The position numbers and the translations under genes were made by a program. The notes under the pieces are model-generated. The model was not told the origin of the DNA, did no database searches, and saw only the letters and a list, made by a program, of their open reading frames with translations. From Patescibacteria group bacterium (GTDB lineage: Bacteria > Patescibacteriota > Microgenomatia > 2-02-FULL-39-11), in contig JAMCUI010000007.1 of NCBI GenBank assembly GCA_023379265.1, forward strand, positions 82,330 through 146,329: a stretch of DNA of 64,000 bases, in the 5' to 3' direction. Within the stretch, counting starts at the first letter, position 1, and each line of letters begins with the position of its first letter. Positions 29,114-38,236 of the stretch are shown piece after piece.

Positions 29114-30091
29114 ATGAAAGCAACTGCGCTTGCACCATCAAATATCGCTTTTATCAAATATTGGGGGAGAATTGATGAGATTTTACGGTTGCCTACAAAC
29201 AGTAGTATTTCCATGAATTTAAGCGGGATGCATACTGTGACTACTGTGGAATTTTCAGTAAAATATGAAAGGGATGATGTTGAGATTGATTGGCAAAAGA
29301 ATGATAGAGAAACGGAACGCATTGTTGATCATTTGGATAGGATAAGAAATTTAGCCAAAATTAACGACAGGGCAAGAGTCGTCAGTAGGAATAATTTTCC
29401 GTCTTCTACTGGTCTTTCCTCGTCAGCTTCAGGATTTGCCGCTTTGACTGTATCTGCTTCTAAAGCTGCAGGTTTGGAATTGCCGGAAAAAAAGTTGTCG
29501 GTATTAGCTCGGTTGGCATCAGGGTCTGCCTGCCGATCAATACCTGACGGTTTTGTAGAGTGGGAGAAAGGAATAGACGGTGAAAGTTCGTATGCTTTTT
29601 CTTTGTACGCCTCAAAATGGTGGCAGATTGCAGATATTGTTGTCATTGTTTCCCAAAATAAAAAAGATATGCCTACTACACAGGGTCAAAAACTTGCAGG
29701 TACTAGTCCTTTTTTCAAGACCAGGCTGAATCTGATAAATGAGAAAATTAAAGAATGTAAAAGCGCTATCGCCGAAAGAAGTTTTTTGGCTTTTGGTAAT
29801 CTTATCGAAAAGGAAGCGTTGGAAATGCACGCTATTATGCTGACTTCAGATCCTCCTTTAATATACTGGCAGCCGGCAACTTTACAAATGATGAAATTAG
29901 TGGAAAAATGGCGCAAAGAGGGATTACAGGTCTATTTTACGGTAAATACCGGGCAGGATATTCATCTAATTTGCAAGAAGGATGATGTAGAAAGAGTTAT
30001 GGTTAAACTGAGAAGTTTAGATATCGTAAGAAATATAATTATTAATTATCCGGCAAAAGGAACACGGTTGGTAAAAAAACATCTTTTTTAA
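29114..30091 (+). CDS. Mevalonate (di)phosphate decarboxylase family protein
   Basis: APSNIAFIKYWGR and SSTGLSSSASGFAALT (MVD/GHMP signature). Diphospho- versus phospho-mevalonate specificity not decidable by eye. Confidence 0.75.
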   Translation: MKATALAPSNIAFIKYWGRIDEILRLPTNSSISMNLSGMHTVTTVEFSVKYERDDVEIDWQKNDRETERIVDHLDRIRNLAKINDRARVVSRNNFPSSTGLSSSASGFAALTVSASKAAGLELPEKKLSVLARLASGSACRSIPDGFVEWEKGIDGESSYAFSLYASKWWQIADIVVIVSQNKKDMPTTQGQKLAGTSPFFKTRLNLINEKIKECKSAIAERSFLAFGNLIEKEALEMHAIMLTSDPPLIYWQPATLQMMKLVEKWRKEGLQVYFTVNTGQDIHLICKKDDVERVMVKLRSLDIVRNIIINYPAKGTRLVKKHLF

Positions 30092-30092
30092 T

Positions 30093-30797
30093 ATGGAAGA
30101 TTCTGCGAAATTACACATACCAAAGCATGTAGCTATCATTATGGATGGCAACCGCCGTTGGGCAAAGGAAAAAGGCTTACCTTCATTTGAAGGTCATCGA
30201 ATCGGTGAAGAAAAAATTGAGCCTATTGTAGATAAGGCAATAGAACTCGGCATAAAGAATCTTACTTTTTGGGCGTTTTCTACTGAAAATTGGAATCGTA
30301 CAAAAAAAGAAGTTTCATTCCTGATGAATTTATATAGACGTCAGTTAAATAAAAAGGTGGATAATTTCCATAAGAAAAATGTCAAGGTCAACGTCATAGG
30401 TAATATAACAATGTTCCCAGAGGATATACAAAGGAAGACTGCAAAATGGATGGAAAAAACAAAAGATAATACTAGGATTACTGTAAATATTGCGCTCAGT
30501 TATGGCGGAAGAGACGAGATAATCCGCGCTATTGAAAAATGGCAGATTAAATTTGGGAAATCAAAGTCAAAACTGACAAAGGAAGAGTTTGAGAAATATT
30601 TAGATACTGCCGGTCAGCCGGATCCTGATTTGCTAATAAGAACCGGTGGAGAAAAAAGATTATCAGGTTTTCTTTTATGGCAAATGGAATATGCTGAGTT
30701 TTATTTTACAGATGCTTATTGGCCAGTTTTTACACCTGAAGAGTTTATGAAAGCAATCATTGATTATTCGGGAAGAATGAGGCGTTTTGGGAAGTAG
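30093..30797 (+). CDS. uppS: Undecaprenyl diphosphate synthase (cis-prenyltransferase)
   Basis: HVAIIMDGNRRWAKEKGLP, LTFWAFSTENWNR, ELLIRTGGEKRLSGFLLWQ. Confidence 0.9.
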   Translation: MEDSAKLHIPKHVAIIMDGNRRWAKEKGLPSFEGHRIGEEKIEPIVDKAIELGIKNLTFWAFSTENWNRTKKEVSFLMNLYRRQLNKKVDNFHKKNVKVNVIGNITMFPEDIQRKTAKWMEKTKDNTRITVNIALSYGGRDEIIRAIEKWQIKFGKSKSKLTKEEFEKYLDTAGQPDPDLLIRTGGEKRLSGFLLWQMEYAEFYFTDAYWPVFTPEEFMKAIIDYSGRMRRFGK

Positions 30798-30909
30798 TTT
30801 TATCATCAAGAGCGTAAGAACTGGGAATTCTGCGCGAGAGTTATGATGTTTTTACCTTTGTAATGTATAATGAATAGAAATAGAAGGTTTTACGATAAAA
30901 GGATGATTT

Positions 30910-31749
30910 ATGGATAGAGAACGTCTGACAATTACATTGAAAAAAACCGTTTTGTCACAAGTAGATAAATTTATTGACGGGACCAGAATACGTAATCGTT
31001 CCCACGCAATAGAATATCTTATCACCCAAAGCCTGACGCCAAAAATCAACCAAGCAGTGATATTGGCTGGAGGTAATGGACTTAATATGCGGCCATTTAC
31101 TTTCGAGATGCCTAAAGGCCTTTTTCCTGTGGGGGGAAAGCCTATTTTGGAATATGTCGTTGAGCTTTTGCGTCAGTACGAGATAAGAAACCTGATTTTT
31201 TCCATTGGACATCTTGGAGGTAAAATAAAAGAACATTTCGGAGACGGTAAAAAATATGGTGTTAATATAAAGTACGTGGAGGAAGAAAAGGAAGCGGGTA
31301 CGGGTGGAGCTCTTAATTTAGCTAAAAAATATATTACTGGCGATACATTTCTAGTGGTACACGGAGACATACTTATTGATATACAGTTATCCGATTTCAT
31401 ACTCTTTCATAAAGAGCAGGATACAATAGCCACAATTGCACTTACATCGGTAGCTGACCCTTCCAGTTTCGGCGAAGTTGTGATGCAAGGAACAAAAATC
31501 ACTAAATTTGTGGAGAAACCGCAAAAAGGTATGCATACTTCCCAACTGATAAGCTGCGGCGTCTATCTTTTTAATAAAGATATTTTTAAGTATATACCCC
31601 AAAAAGAATTTTCACTTTTGGAAAATATTTTTCCTGAGTTGGCAACAAAGGAACAGTTGTCGGGTTTTCTTTTTGGAGGAAAATGGGTAGACATAAGCAG
31701 TCCATCATCATACGAAAAAGCAATTAAAGAGTGGGGCCAGAGAAAATAA
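30910..31749 (+). CDS. Sugar-phosphate nucleotidyltransferase with N-terminal ~40-aa ribbon-helix-helix-like extension
   Basis: Core AVILAGGNGLNMRPFTFEMPKGLFPVGGKPILEY. Preceding MDRERLTITLKKTVLSQVDKFIDGTRIRNRSHAIEYLI resembles a CopG/RHH domain. Confidence 0.65.
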   Translation: MDRERLTITLKKTVLSQVDKFIDGTRIRNRSHAIEYLITQSLTPKINQAVILAGGNGLNMRPFTFEMPKGLFPVGGKPILEYVVELLRQYEIRNLIFSIGHLGGKIKEHFGDGKKYGVNIKYVEEEKEAGTGGALNLAKKYITGDTFLVVHGDILIDIQLSDFILFHKEQDTIATIALTSVADPSSFGEVVMQGTKITKFVEKPQKGMHTSQLISCGVYLFNKDIFKYIPQKEFSLLENIFPELATKEQLSGFLFGGKWVDISSPSSYEKAIKEWGQRK

Positions 31750-31787
31750 GCGCGTATACTTCTTAAAAGAGATGATATAATTGATGT

Positions 31788-33110
31788 TTGATGGATCCAA
31801 ATACTGCATTTCCACCCGGCTCTCCGCCAATTGCACCATCCAGTCCTCCATTGGTACCTCCCGGTTATTCACAACAGATGCCTGATAATTCACCCTTCAA
31901 GAAACTTCTTCCGCTTGTTCTGGTAGTTGTAGTCTTAATGATTTTATTCTCAGGTATATTGGTATTATCTGTGGGAAAATCAGGTAAACAGCAAACAGTG
32001 CCAACGCCTACTTTGCGTCCGACAGCTACTCCGTTTGTCGCTCCTACAATGCCTATGGTCTCACCGTCCACCTCATCCTTGTCAGCAAATTTAGTGACGC
32101 CGATAAAAATCGGTAGGTTGTCTTTTATACGAGACGGTGATATTTACAATAGCGATCTTGCCACTTATTCACTTTTAGTCAAAAATGATATTCACGCAGC
32201 AGATATGCTTTCCTGGTCACCAGACGGAAATTTCCTGGCTTGGAGGGAAAAAACAACGTCTGCCACTCCTTCTGCGATTATGATATATAAGAGAAATAAT
32301 AAACGTACATTTGAAATAAAACCATTTGAAGAAGGAAAAATTAATGAAGTGATTGATTATGCCTGGTCTCCTGATGAGTCACAGATGTCTGTATTATCCC
32401 ATGGTACTTTTTATAATCTGAATTTGTACAGTTTGATATCTTCTTCCTCAGGAGAAAATATTGTCGGGCGTAGTGAAAAGATAAAACAAATAGTATGGCC
32501 TAATCCTAAAACCATACTTTTTTCTGGTAGTGACGGGATAACAGCTTATGATTTGGCTTCAAATTCTGCAAGTCTGATTGTTGATAATCCGAAAGTTATG
32601 CATATGAATTTAAGTCCGGATCATAAAAAACTCCTTTATAGTATTGGGGATAATAGTAAAAGCGATTTATATACAATTAATATTGATGGAACTGATAATA
32701 AGCAGCTTCCCTTGCAACCGGTAAAAATAGATATGGGAACAACCAATTTGCCTCAGTCAATTCTGGAAAAAGGTTTTATCCCTTATGCGGTCTGGATGCC
32801 GGATAGCAATAATTTACTTGTCGGTTATCACTATATTACAAATCTACCCTTAGTAGGCAAGTATAATTTGCAGAATAATTCATTTACTGCTATAGCGCCT
32901 TTTATGCTCTACCAAACGGATATTATGGTGGATAGCCTGCGTTTGTTGGGAAACAGAGTAAATACTTTTTCTAGCGCCATTCCTACCTGGCAAATTTCTC
33001 TTTTTACTCTTGAGGATAATGCAAATCTTGGTTTGGTTAGAGTGATACCAGACGCTTCTTCCCCTGCATTTTTCGGAAACGATATATTACCTGGAGGAAA
33101 TACTTTCTAG
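31788..33110 (+). CDS. Membrane-anchored beta-propeller (TolB-like) protein with Pro-rich N-terminus
   Basis: Pro-rich start, TM helix, Pro/Thr linker, then repeated DG/SPD blocks (WSPDGNFLAW, WSPDESQMS, LSPDHKKLLY) typical of TolB-type propellers. Confidence 0.5.
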   Translation: MMDPNTAFPPGSPPIAPSSPPLVPPGYSQQMPDNSPFKKLLPLVLVVVVLMILFSGILVLSVGKSGKQQTVPTPTLRPTATPFVAPTMPMVSPSTSSLSANLVTPIKIGRLSFIRDGDIYNSDLATYSLLVKNDIHAADMLSWSPDGNFLAWREKTTSATPSAIMIYKRNNKRTFEIKPFEEGKINEVIDYAWSPDESQMSVLSHGTFYNLNLYSLISSSSGENIVGRSEKIKQIVWPNPKTILFSGSDGITAYDLASNSASLIVDNPKVMHMNLSPDHKKLLYSIGDNSKSDLYTINIDGTDNKQLPLQPVKIDMGTTNLPQSILEKGFIPYAVWMPDSNNLLVGYHYITNLPLVGKYNLQNNSFTAIAPFMLYQTDIMVDSLRLLGNRVNTFSSAIPTWQISLFTLEDNANLGLVRVIPDASSPAFFGNDILPGGNTF

Positions 33111-33132
33111 TTCTTGTCTTTCCTATATTTTC

Positions 33133-33441
33133 CTACTGTATTTTTAAGATAAACTGCACTATTTGGACTATCCAGTACGCCACGAATATGAGAATAAAAC
33201 CCAGTAATGCATTTGTAATTTTATTTTTTCCCGACTCTGCCTTTTTAGGATCGCCCATTGAAGTGAGAAAATCAAAACCGCCCCAAACTAAGTATAACAA
33301 AAGAAAGACTCCCGCAACCGGAAAAACAATCCTATTTGTGGCCTGTGTGACAATAGATGCTAAATTTGGAAATCTATCAGCTGGTAAAGGCCCTACTATT
33401 TGTTGTCCACCAGGGAGATTTAATATTTGAGCAATTTTCAT
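33133..33441 (-). CDS. VirB2/TrbC-type pilin-like small protein
   Basis: 102 aa; VWGGFDFLTSMGDPKKAESGKNKITNALLGFILIFVAYWIV. Confidence 0.55.
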   Translation of the reverse strand: MKIAQILNLPGGQQIVGPLPADRFPNLASIVTQATNRIVFPVAGVFLLLYLVWGGFDFLTSMGDPKKAESGKNKITNALLGFILIFVAYWIVQIVQFILKIQ

Positions 33442-33476
33442 AATTCAATATTATATTAAAATTAGTACTATCTCAA

Positions 33477-34808
33477 TTATCCAAATCCCGGAATTTTGAA
33501 AATATCGACACCGATAAACTTTAATAAAAATACTGAGAATATGATGAGAAATAATCCTGATAATGATGAAATAATTATCTGACGGGCCTCCTCAATCTGT
33601 TCTGTATTTCCGGCAGACGTCAATATCATAAAGGCACCATATATAAAATATAGGAAAGATATACCACCAGCCATTCCTACGCCAGTAGTGAATATATAAT
33701 CTTTTATCAGGGCAGTGAAATCCAACGGTATACACCCGATAGCTGTCCACATTTTTCTACCACTGGCCAAACAAGCAGAACACTTACTTTGATATTGTGG
33801 GTCCAATTGATCGCAAAGAGGCTTAATATCAGGAACAAAAGCAACCGTAGGATGTACTGCTCCCGGGCAACCTGGACATGTATTACAACCATTGGAGCAT
33901 GTTCCTGTGTTGCAAGGAGAAAGTGAACAGAATGACGGAATAGTGGGAGTGAGTATAGGGGTAGAGGTGGGATTTGGAGTTGCGCCTTTTGGTGCTATTT
34001 CAAAAGTAGTGGAGCACATCTGCTGAGCGTTTTTATAAATAAGTAAATCGTGATCAATTAAAAATCGTAAAGTGGCATTCATAACACCAAAAGATGCAAT
34101 TGATACTGCTGTTGCGGTAGGATCAATTTCCAGTTGATAGACTGATGTATTATGTTGTCCGGCAGTTCTCAGATTTATGGGAATTGGCTCCTCAATTGTT
34201 GAGGTGGGACTTTCTACAGCTACTTGATTACCATCAATGGTAATTCTAAGGGGATTTGGTATTGATATGGAAAATCCAGGTATGCTGACTGGTACAAAGA
34301 AAGTAGCATTTTTTATATCAGACGCAACCACTTTCCATGAAGCATCGTCGACATCCCCCAAACCTGTGTAATTTGCCTCGATTTTACATGTAGGATTTAA
34401 AGCATTTATTGTAATTGTGCTGATATTGCATACTTGTATATTCTGATTGGCTAATTTATATATTAATTCAACAGAGTGGGTGCCTGGACTTGTGAGAAAT
34501 GGTCCACAAATTCCATTGTTGTTTGTTGAAAATACGGGATTATTCGGATCAGACACTACAGGGTTTCCACATGCTTCATTTTCTGGAAAAGAAAAAACCA
34601 ATTGTCCTCCTGAGGGGTATTTTGACAGCTCCTGTTGGACAATAGCTCCATCAAATTTTAGTGAAATACTGTTTACGGGAGCAGTCAATGGTGGTCTAGG
34701 ATTTACTATCAAATTGCAGTCTGCAGCAGCACTTGTTTTTGTGACTGAAGAAAAGAAAAAAAATGTTAAGAAAATGAGGCAGACGGCTGCTTTAACTGTA
34801 TTTCGCAT
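33477..34808 (-). CDS. Secreted cysteine-rich protein fused to a C-terminal VirB2/TrbC-type pilin-like module
   Basis: 443 aa. Signal peptide, ~350-aa Cys-rich extracellular region (CNTGTCSNGCNTCPGCPG...), then C-terminus LTSAGNTEQIEEARQIIISSLSGLFLIIFSVFLLKFIGVDIFKIPGFG. Confidence 0.55.
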   Translation of the reverse strand: MRNTVKAAVCLIFLTFFFFSSVTKTSAAADCNLIVNPRPPLTAPVNSISLKFDGAIVQQELSKYPSGGQLVFSFPENEACGNPVVSDPNNPVFSTNNNGICGPFLTSPGTHSVELIYKLANQNIQVCNISTITINALNPTCKIEANYTGLGDVDDASWKVVASDIKNATFFVPVSIPGFSISIPNPLRITIDGNQVAVESPTSTIEEPIPINLRTAGQHNTSVYQLEIDPTATAVSIASFGVMNATLRFLIDHDLLIYKNAQQMCSTTFEIAPKGATPNPTSTPILTPTIPSFCSLSPCNTGTCSNGCNTCPGCPGAVHPTVAFVPDIKPLCDQLDPQYQSKCSACLASGRKMWTAIGCIPLDFTALIKDYIFTTGVGMAGGISFLYFIYGAFMILTSAGNTEQIEEARQIIISSLSGLFLIIFSVFLLKFIGVDIFKIPGFG

Positions 34809-34847
34809 GTTATTGCTAAATCAAAAGGCGCAATTCAATTTGTAAGT

Positions 34848-35333
34848 CTAACTGAACCCTGGAATTCTAAAGATGTCAAAACCAACAAAATGCAAGAGAA
34901 ATACGGAGAATAATATGAGGAGGATTCCTACAATTGAAGAAAAAATCATATCCTTCCCGTTTCTAAGACGTTCAGGGTCACCTGAGGATGTAAGAACAGT
35001 TGCGCTGCCTGCAAGAACTGCCAGAAAAGCAATCCCTCCTGAGACTCCAAAAACAATAGAGAGTATTGATTTGACAAAAAATTCAGGTTTAGTGGAAAGA
35101 CATCCTAAGACTGTATAGTAAGTACCCTTTTGCTCATTTCCGTTCAGGTCATAAAGACATGTATGACACTGGTCCCAGTTGGGAGGTTTTGGATTGAATG
35201 CCGGGTTACACCAACCGCAAAGATCACACGTAGGCTGATCAGTTGGCGTTGCGTCTTGAGCTTTTACCAGGTTTACACTAAATAAAAGAGCGATGAAAAA
35301 AATAAATAAAAATATAAGTGTTTTGTTGGGCAT
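34848..35333 (-). CDS. Smaller Cys-rich protein with the same C-terminal pilin-like module
   Basis: 161 aa. Signal peptide, Cys-rich 60 aa (CDLCGWCNP...CHTC), C-terminus LTSSGDPERLRNGKDMIFSSIVGILLILFSVFLLHFVGFDIFRIPGFS, near-identical to the tail of 33477..34808. Confidence 0.55.
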   Translation of the reverse strand: MPNKTLIFLFIFFIALLFSVNLVKAQDATPTDQPTCDLCGWCNPAFNPKPPNWDQCHTCLYDLNGNEQKGTYYTVLGCLSTKPEFFVKSILSIVFGVSGGIAFLAVLAGSATVLTSSGDPERLRNGKDMIFSSIVGILLILFSVFLLHFVGFDIFRIPGFS

Positions 35334-35414
35334 TGAGTTTAGTGTAGCAAATGGAGAGTGGAATTCAAGAGATGGTCAAATATTACATCCATATGCACCA
35401 TTTTGGTTGTATAA

Positions 35415-37274
35415 TTGTCTTATACCTCTTTAACTATTCATGATATGTTTCTTAGACCTTCAAATAATAAACAAAAGAAGTTATTCTTACTGTTCAAATC
35501 AGACAAGAGGATCAGAAAGTTAGTCTTAATTGCAGGGAGCCTCTTTTTGATGATTGTGTTTCTTTTTCCTTCTTTATTTACCGCATTACATCCTGTAATT
35601 GCCGATGATTGCAATCAGACATGTTTTGATCAATTAACAAAGCAGATTGGCGATTTGAACCGTGCTTTACAGTTGTCTATTGCTGCAACAACCCCTTTGG
35701 AAAAAAATCTTGACCAATTGCAGAACAATCTGGCTGATATTAAACAAAAAATAGCTGCAATTGAGGCTGATGTTGAACAGAAACAAAAAGAGGTGGATGA
35801 GGGAGACAAGTTGTTAGTTTTAGCTCAAGACCTTCTAGGCAAAAAGGTGCGTGCACTTTATAAAACATCCTCATATTTTGGAGGAAGCGGACTTTTTATT
35901 CTCTTAAATAACAATCTGTCACAATCCGTCAGAGAATTTGGTTATCAGAGGAAATTGATGGAGGACGACAGGGATGCAATTATACAGGTAGTACTTTATG
36001 TACAGGATCTTGAAGTAAAGAAAAAGAATCTCGAGGAAGAGAAGACGCGTTTGGCACAAGTTAAGGATGAAACTGACAAGCAAGCAGTAACACTTCAGAC
36101 AGTTATTGAAGGTGCAAAAAAATACCAGGCAGATTTGACTTCGCAAATAGCCCAGTTGACAGCCCGTCAACAGCAAATATTGGCACAAAGGCTAGCAAGC
36201 TTAAATATTCCACTTTCAGCAGCTTCGATGGGTCGGTGTGACAGTGATCTCACTAATGGGCGTGACCCTGGATTTTCCCCAAAATTTGCTGTCTTTACCT
36301 ATGGTGTGCCAAATAGGGTTGGACTCAATCAGTGGGGAGCCTATGGGAGGGCAAGAGCGGGTCAGGGATACGATCAGATACTTCATTCTTACTATAATTT
36401 TGACGGCTATAAAGATTGGGATACTAATACAAAGATTAATGTTGATGGTTACGGCAGCTATAACCTTGAAGATTATGTGAAAAGGGTTTACGAAGTACCA
36501 AATTCGTGGGGAGACGGTGGCGGTATGGAAGCGTTGAAAGCCCAGGCGATTGCCGCAAGATCCTATGCTCTGGCTTATACCAATAACGGATCGGGTTCCA
36601 TTTGCACATCGGAAAGTTGTCAAGTATTTCAGTCTCAAGACAAAGGAGGAAACTGGGATGCGGCAGTCGATGCCACTCGTGGAAAAGTGATGGTTCAGGG
36701 AGGCAACCCTATTAAAGCCTGGTTTTCGTCAACGCATGGCGGATATGTCTTTAGCTCTGGGGATGTCGGATGGAGTAATACTTCATGGACAAAGAATGCA
36801 CGCGATACCACAGGAAATGTAGGTAGTTTTTCAGATTTGCAAAATACTTCTTATGATAAAGATTCTCCTTGGTTTTATTGTGATTGGGGATCGCGTTCGG
36901 AGTATAATAAGACTGCTTGGTTAAAACCCGATGAGTTAGCTGATATTGTAAATGTTTTAATGTTGGTAAAAAGGGACTCAGGGATAGCAGAGCATCTTTA
37001 CCAAACTGATCAACCCAATCCCGCTGGTACCGACACTTGGGATAAAAGTCGCGTAAAACAGGAATTGCAAAGTCGTGGAGGATCACCTTATAACACTATT
37101 TCAGATGTATCAGTTAGCGCAGATTTTGGATCGGGTAGGGTAACAGGAGTGACTGTTTCCGGAGATGCAGGATCCAATACTTTTGACGGAAGTGATTTCA
37201 AGAACTATTTTAATCTTCGTGCCCCTGCCAATATTCAGATTGTCGGTCCGTTATATAATATTGAAAAGAGGTAG
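35415..37274 (+). CDS. SpoIID/LytB-domain peptidoglycan hydrolase-like protein with N-terminal coiled coil
   Basis: NRVGLNQWGAYGRARAGQGYDQILHSYY and AIAARSYAL are SpoIID/LytB hallmarks. N-terminal 250 aa is coiled-coil (EnvC-like). Confidence 0.7.
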   Translation: MSYTSLTIHDMFLRPSNNKQKKLFLLFKSDKRIRKLVLIAGSLFLMIVFLFPSLFTALHPVIADDCNQTCFDQLTKQIGDLNRALQLSIAATTPLEKNLDQLQNNLADIKQKIAAIEADVEQKQKEVDEGDKLLVLAQDLLGKKVRALYKTSSYFGGSGLFILLNNNLSQSVREFGYQRKLMEDDRDAIIQVVLYVQDLEVKKKNLEEEKTRLAQVKDETDKQAVTLQTVIEGAKKYQADLTSQIAQLTARQQQILAQRLASLNIPLSAASMGRCDSDLTNGRDPGFSPKFAVFTYGVPNRVGLNQWGAYGRARAGQGYDQILHSYYNFDGYKDWDTNTKINVDGYGSYNLEDYVKRVYEVPNSWGDGGGMEALKAQAIAARSYALAYTNNGSGSICTSESCQVFQSQDKGGNWDAAVDATRGKVMVQGGNPIKAWFSSTHGGYVFSSGDVGWSNTSWTKNARDTTGNVGSFSDLQNTSYDKDSPWFYCDWGSRSEYNKTAWLKPDELADIVNVLMLVKRDSGIAEHLYQTDQPNPAGTDTWDKSRVKQELQSRGGSPYNTISDVSVSADFGSGRVTGVTVSGDAGSNTFDGSDFKNYFNLRAPANIQIVGPLYNIEKR

Positions 37275-37302
37275 GAATAGATTTAATCATAATTTTTAAA
37301 TT

Positions 37303-37974
37303 GTGCCAGACATTTTTGTTTCTCAACCTCCTCCCACAAGCCCCGTTTCATCACCGGCTGATATTCCGATTAATACTGTAGAAAACCCTAAGAGCAAATT
37401 TTCGTATTTGGGGAAACTTTTTTCCTCATATATGTTTATGCCTGATGGGGTGAGATTTGAGACCCAAGAGCCTGGAGAAACGATCATGCTTTTGTTGCGT
37501 AAGCATTGGCTTACCAATATTGGCTGGGTATTAATAAGCGTTGTTTTACTTTTTTTGCCGTTTATATTACTTCCAATGTTAAAATTGAGCGGTACTTTAC
37601 CCGAGACGACTCCCGCTTCTTGGATAAGTCTTTTTATTCTAGCATGGTATCTATTGACGTTTAGTTATTTTCTTGTGAATTTTCTTCTTTGGTATTTTAC
37701 CGTATCAATAGTCACTAATGAAAGAATCGTGGATATAGATTTTATAAATCTACTCAATAAAAAATTTGCAGAGACAAGAGTTGCAAGAGTGGAAGATGTC
37801 ACAATGCGCACCGGTGGTTTTATCAGGTCTTTTTTTGACTACGGGGACGTTTTTGTGCAAACCGCTGCTAAAGAAGCTGTTTTTCAGTTTTTGGCTGTAC
37901 CTCATCCTGAAAAAGTGGTAATGGTAATAAATAAGATTATGGGGGTTGAAGAAGAGGAGGGAGAAGTACACTAA
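37303..37974 (+). CDS. Membrane protein with bacterial PH (YdbS/YdbT-like) domain
   Basis: Two TM helices followed by VTNERIVDIDFINLLNKKFAETRVARVEDV (bPH_2-like). Confidence 0.5.
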   Translation: MPDIFVSQPPPTSPVSSPADIPINTVENPKSKFSYLGKLFSSYMFMPDGVRFETQEPGETIMLLLRKHWLTNIGWVLISVVLLFLPFILLPMLKLSGTLPETTPASWISLFILAWYLLTFSYFLVNFLLWYFTVSIVTNERIVDIDFINLLNKKFAETRVARVEDVTMRTGGFIRSFFDYGDVFVQTAAKEAVFQFLAVPHPEKVVMVINKIMGVEEEEGEVH

Positions 37975-38210
37975 TGACTATAGAACAGATACTGGTAACA
38001 TTTATCACTTCAGCTCCGGCAGTCTTTATCAAAGCTGTAGCTGTCATTATCCTTTTTCTACACTTGGCGTTTTCAGTTGTTGTTGTAAGGCAGACAAAAT
38101 TGATGACTGGTGTTGTTGAAGCAAATATTTCACCTGCAATTTATGGAATAGCTATAATCCATTTCCTTTTTTCTCTTTTTGTATTCATGTGGGCTATTCT
38201 TTTTACTTAA
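37974..38210 (+). CDS. Small two-TM membrane protein
   Basis: 78-aa hydrophobic ORF, start overlapping the previous stop. Confidence 0.35.
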   Translation: MTIEQILVTFITSAPAVFIKAVAVIILFLHLAFSVVVVRQTKLMTGVVEANISPAIYGIAIIHFLFSLFVFMWAILFT

Positions 38211-38236
38211 AAATTGATTAAATAAAAGTAGACTGT

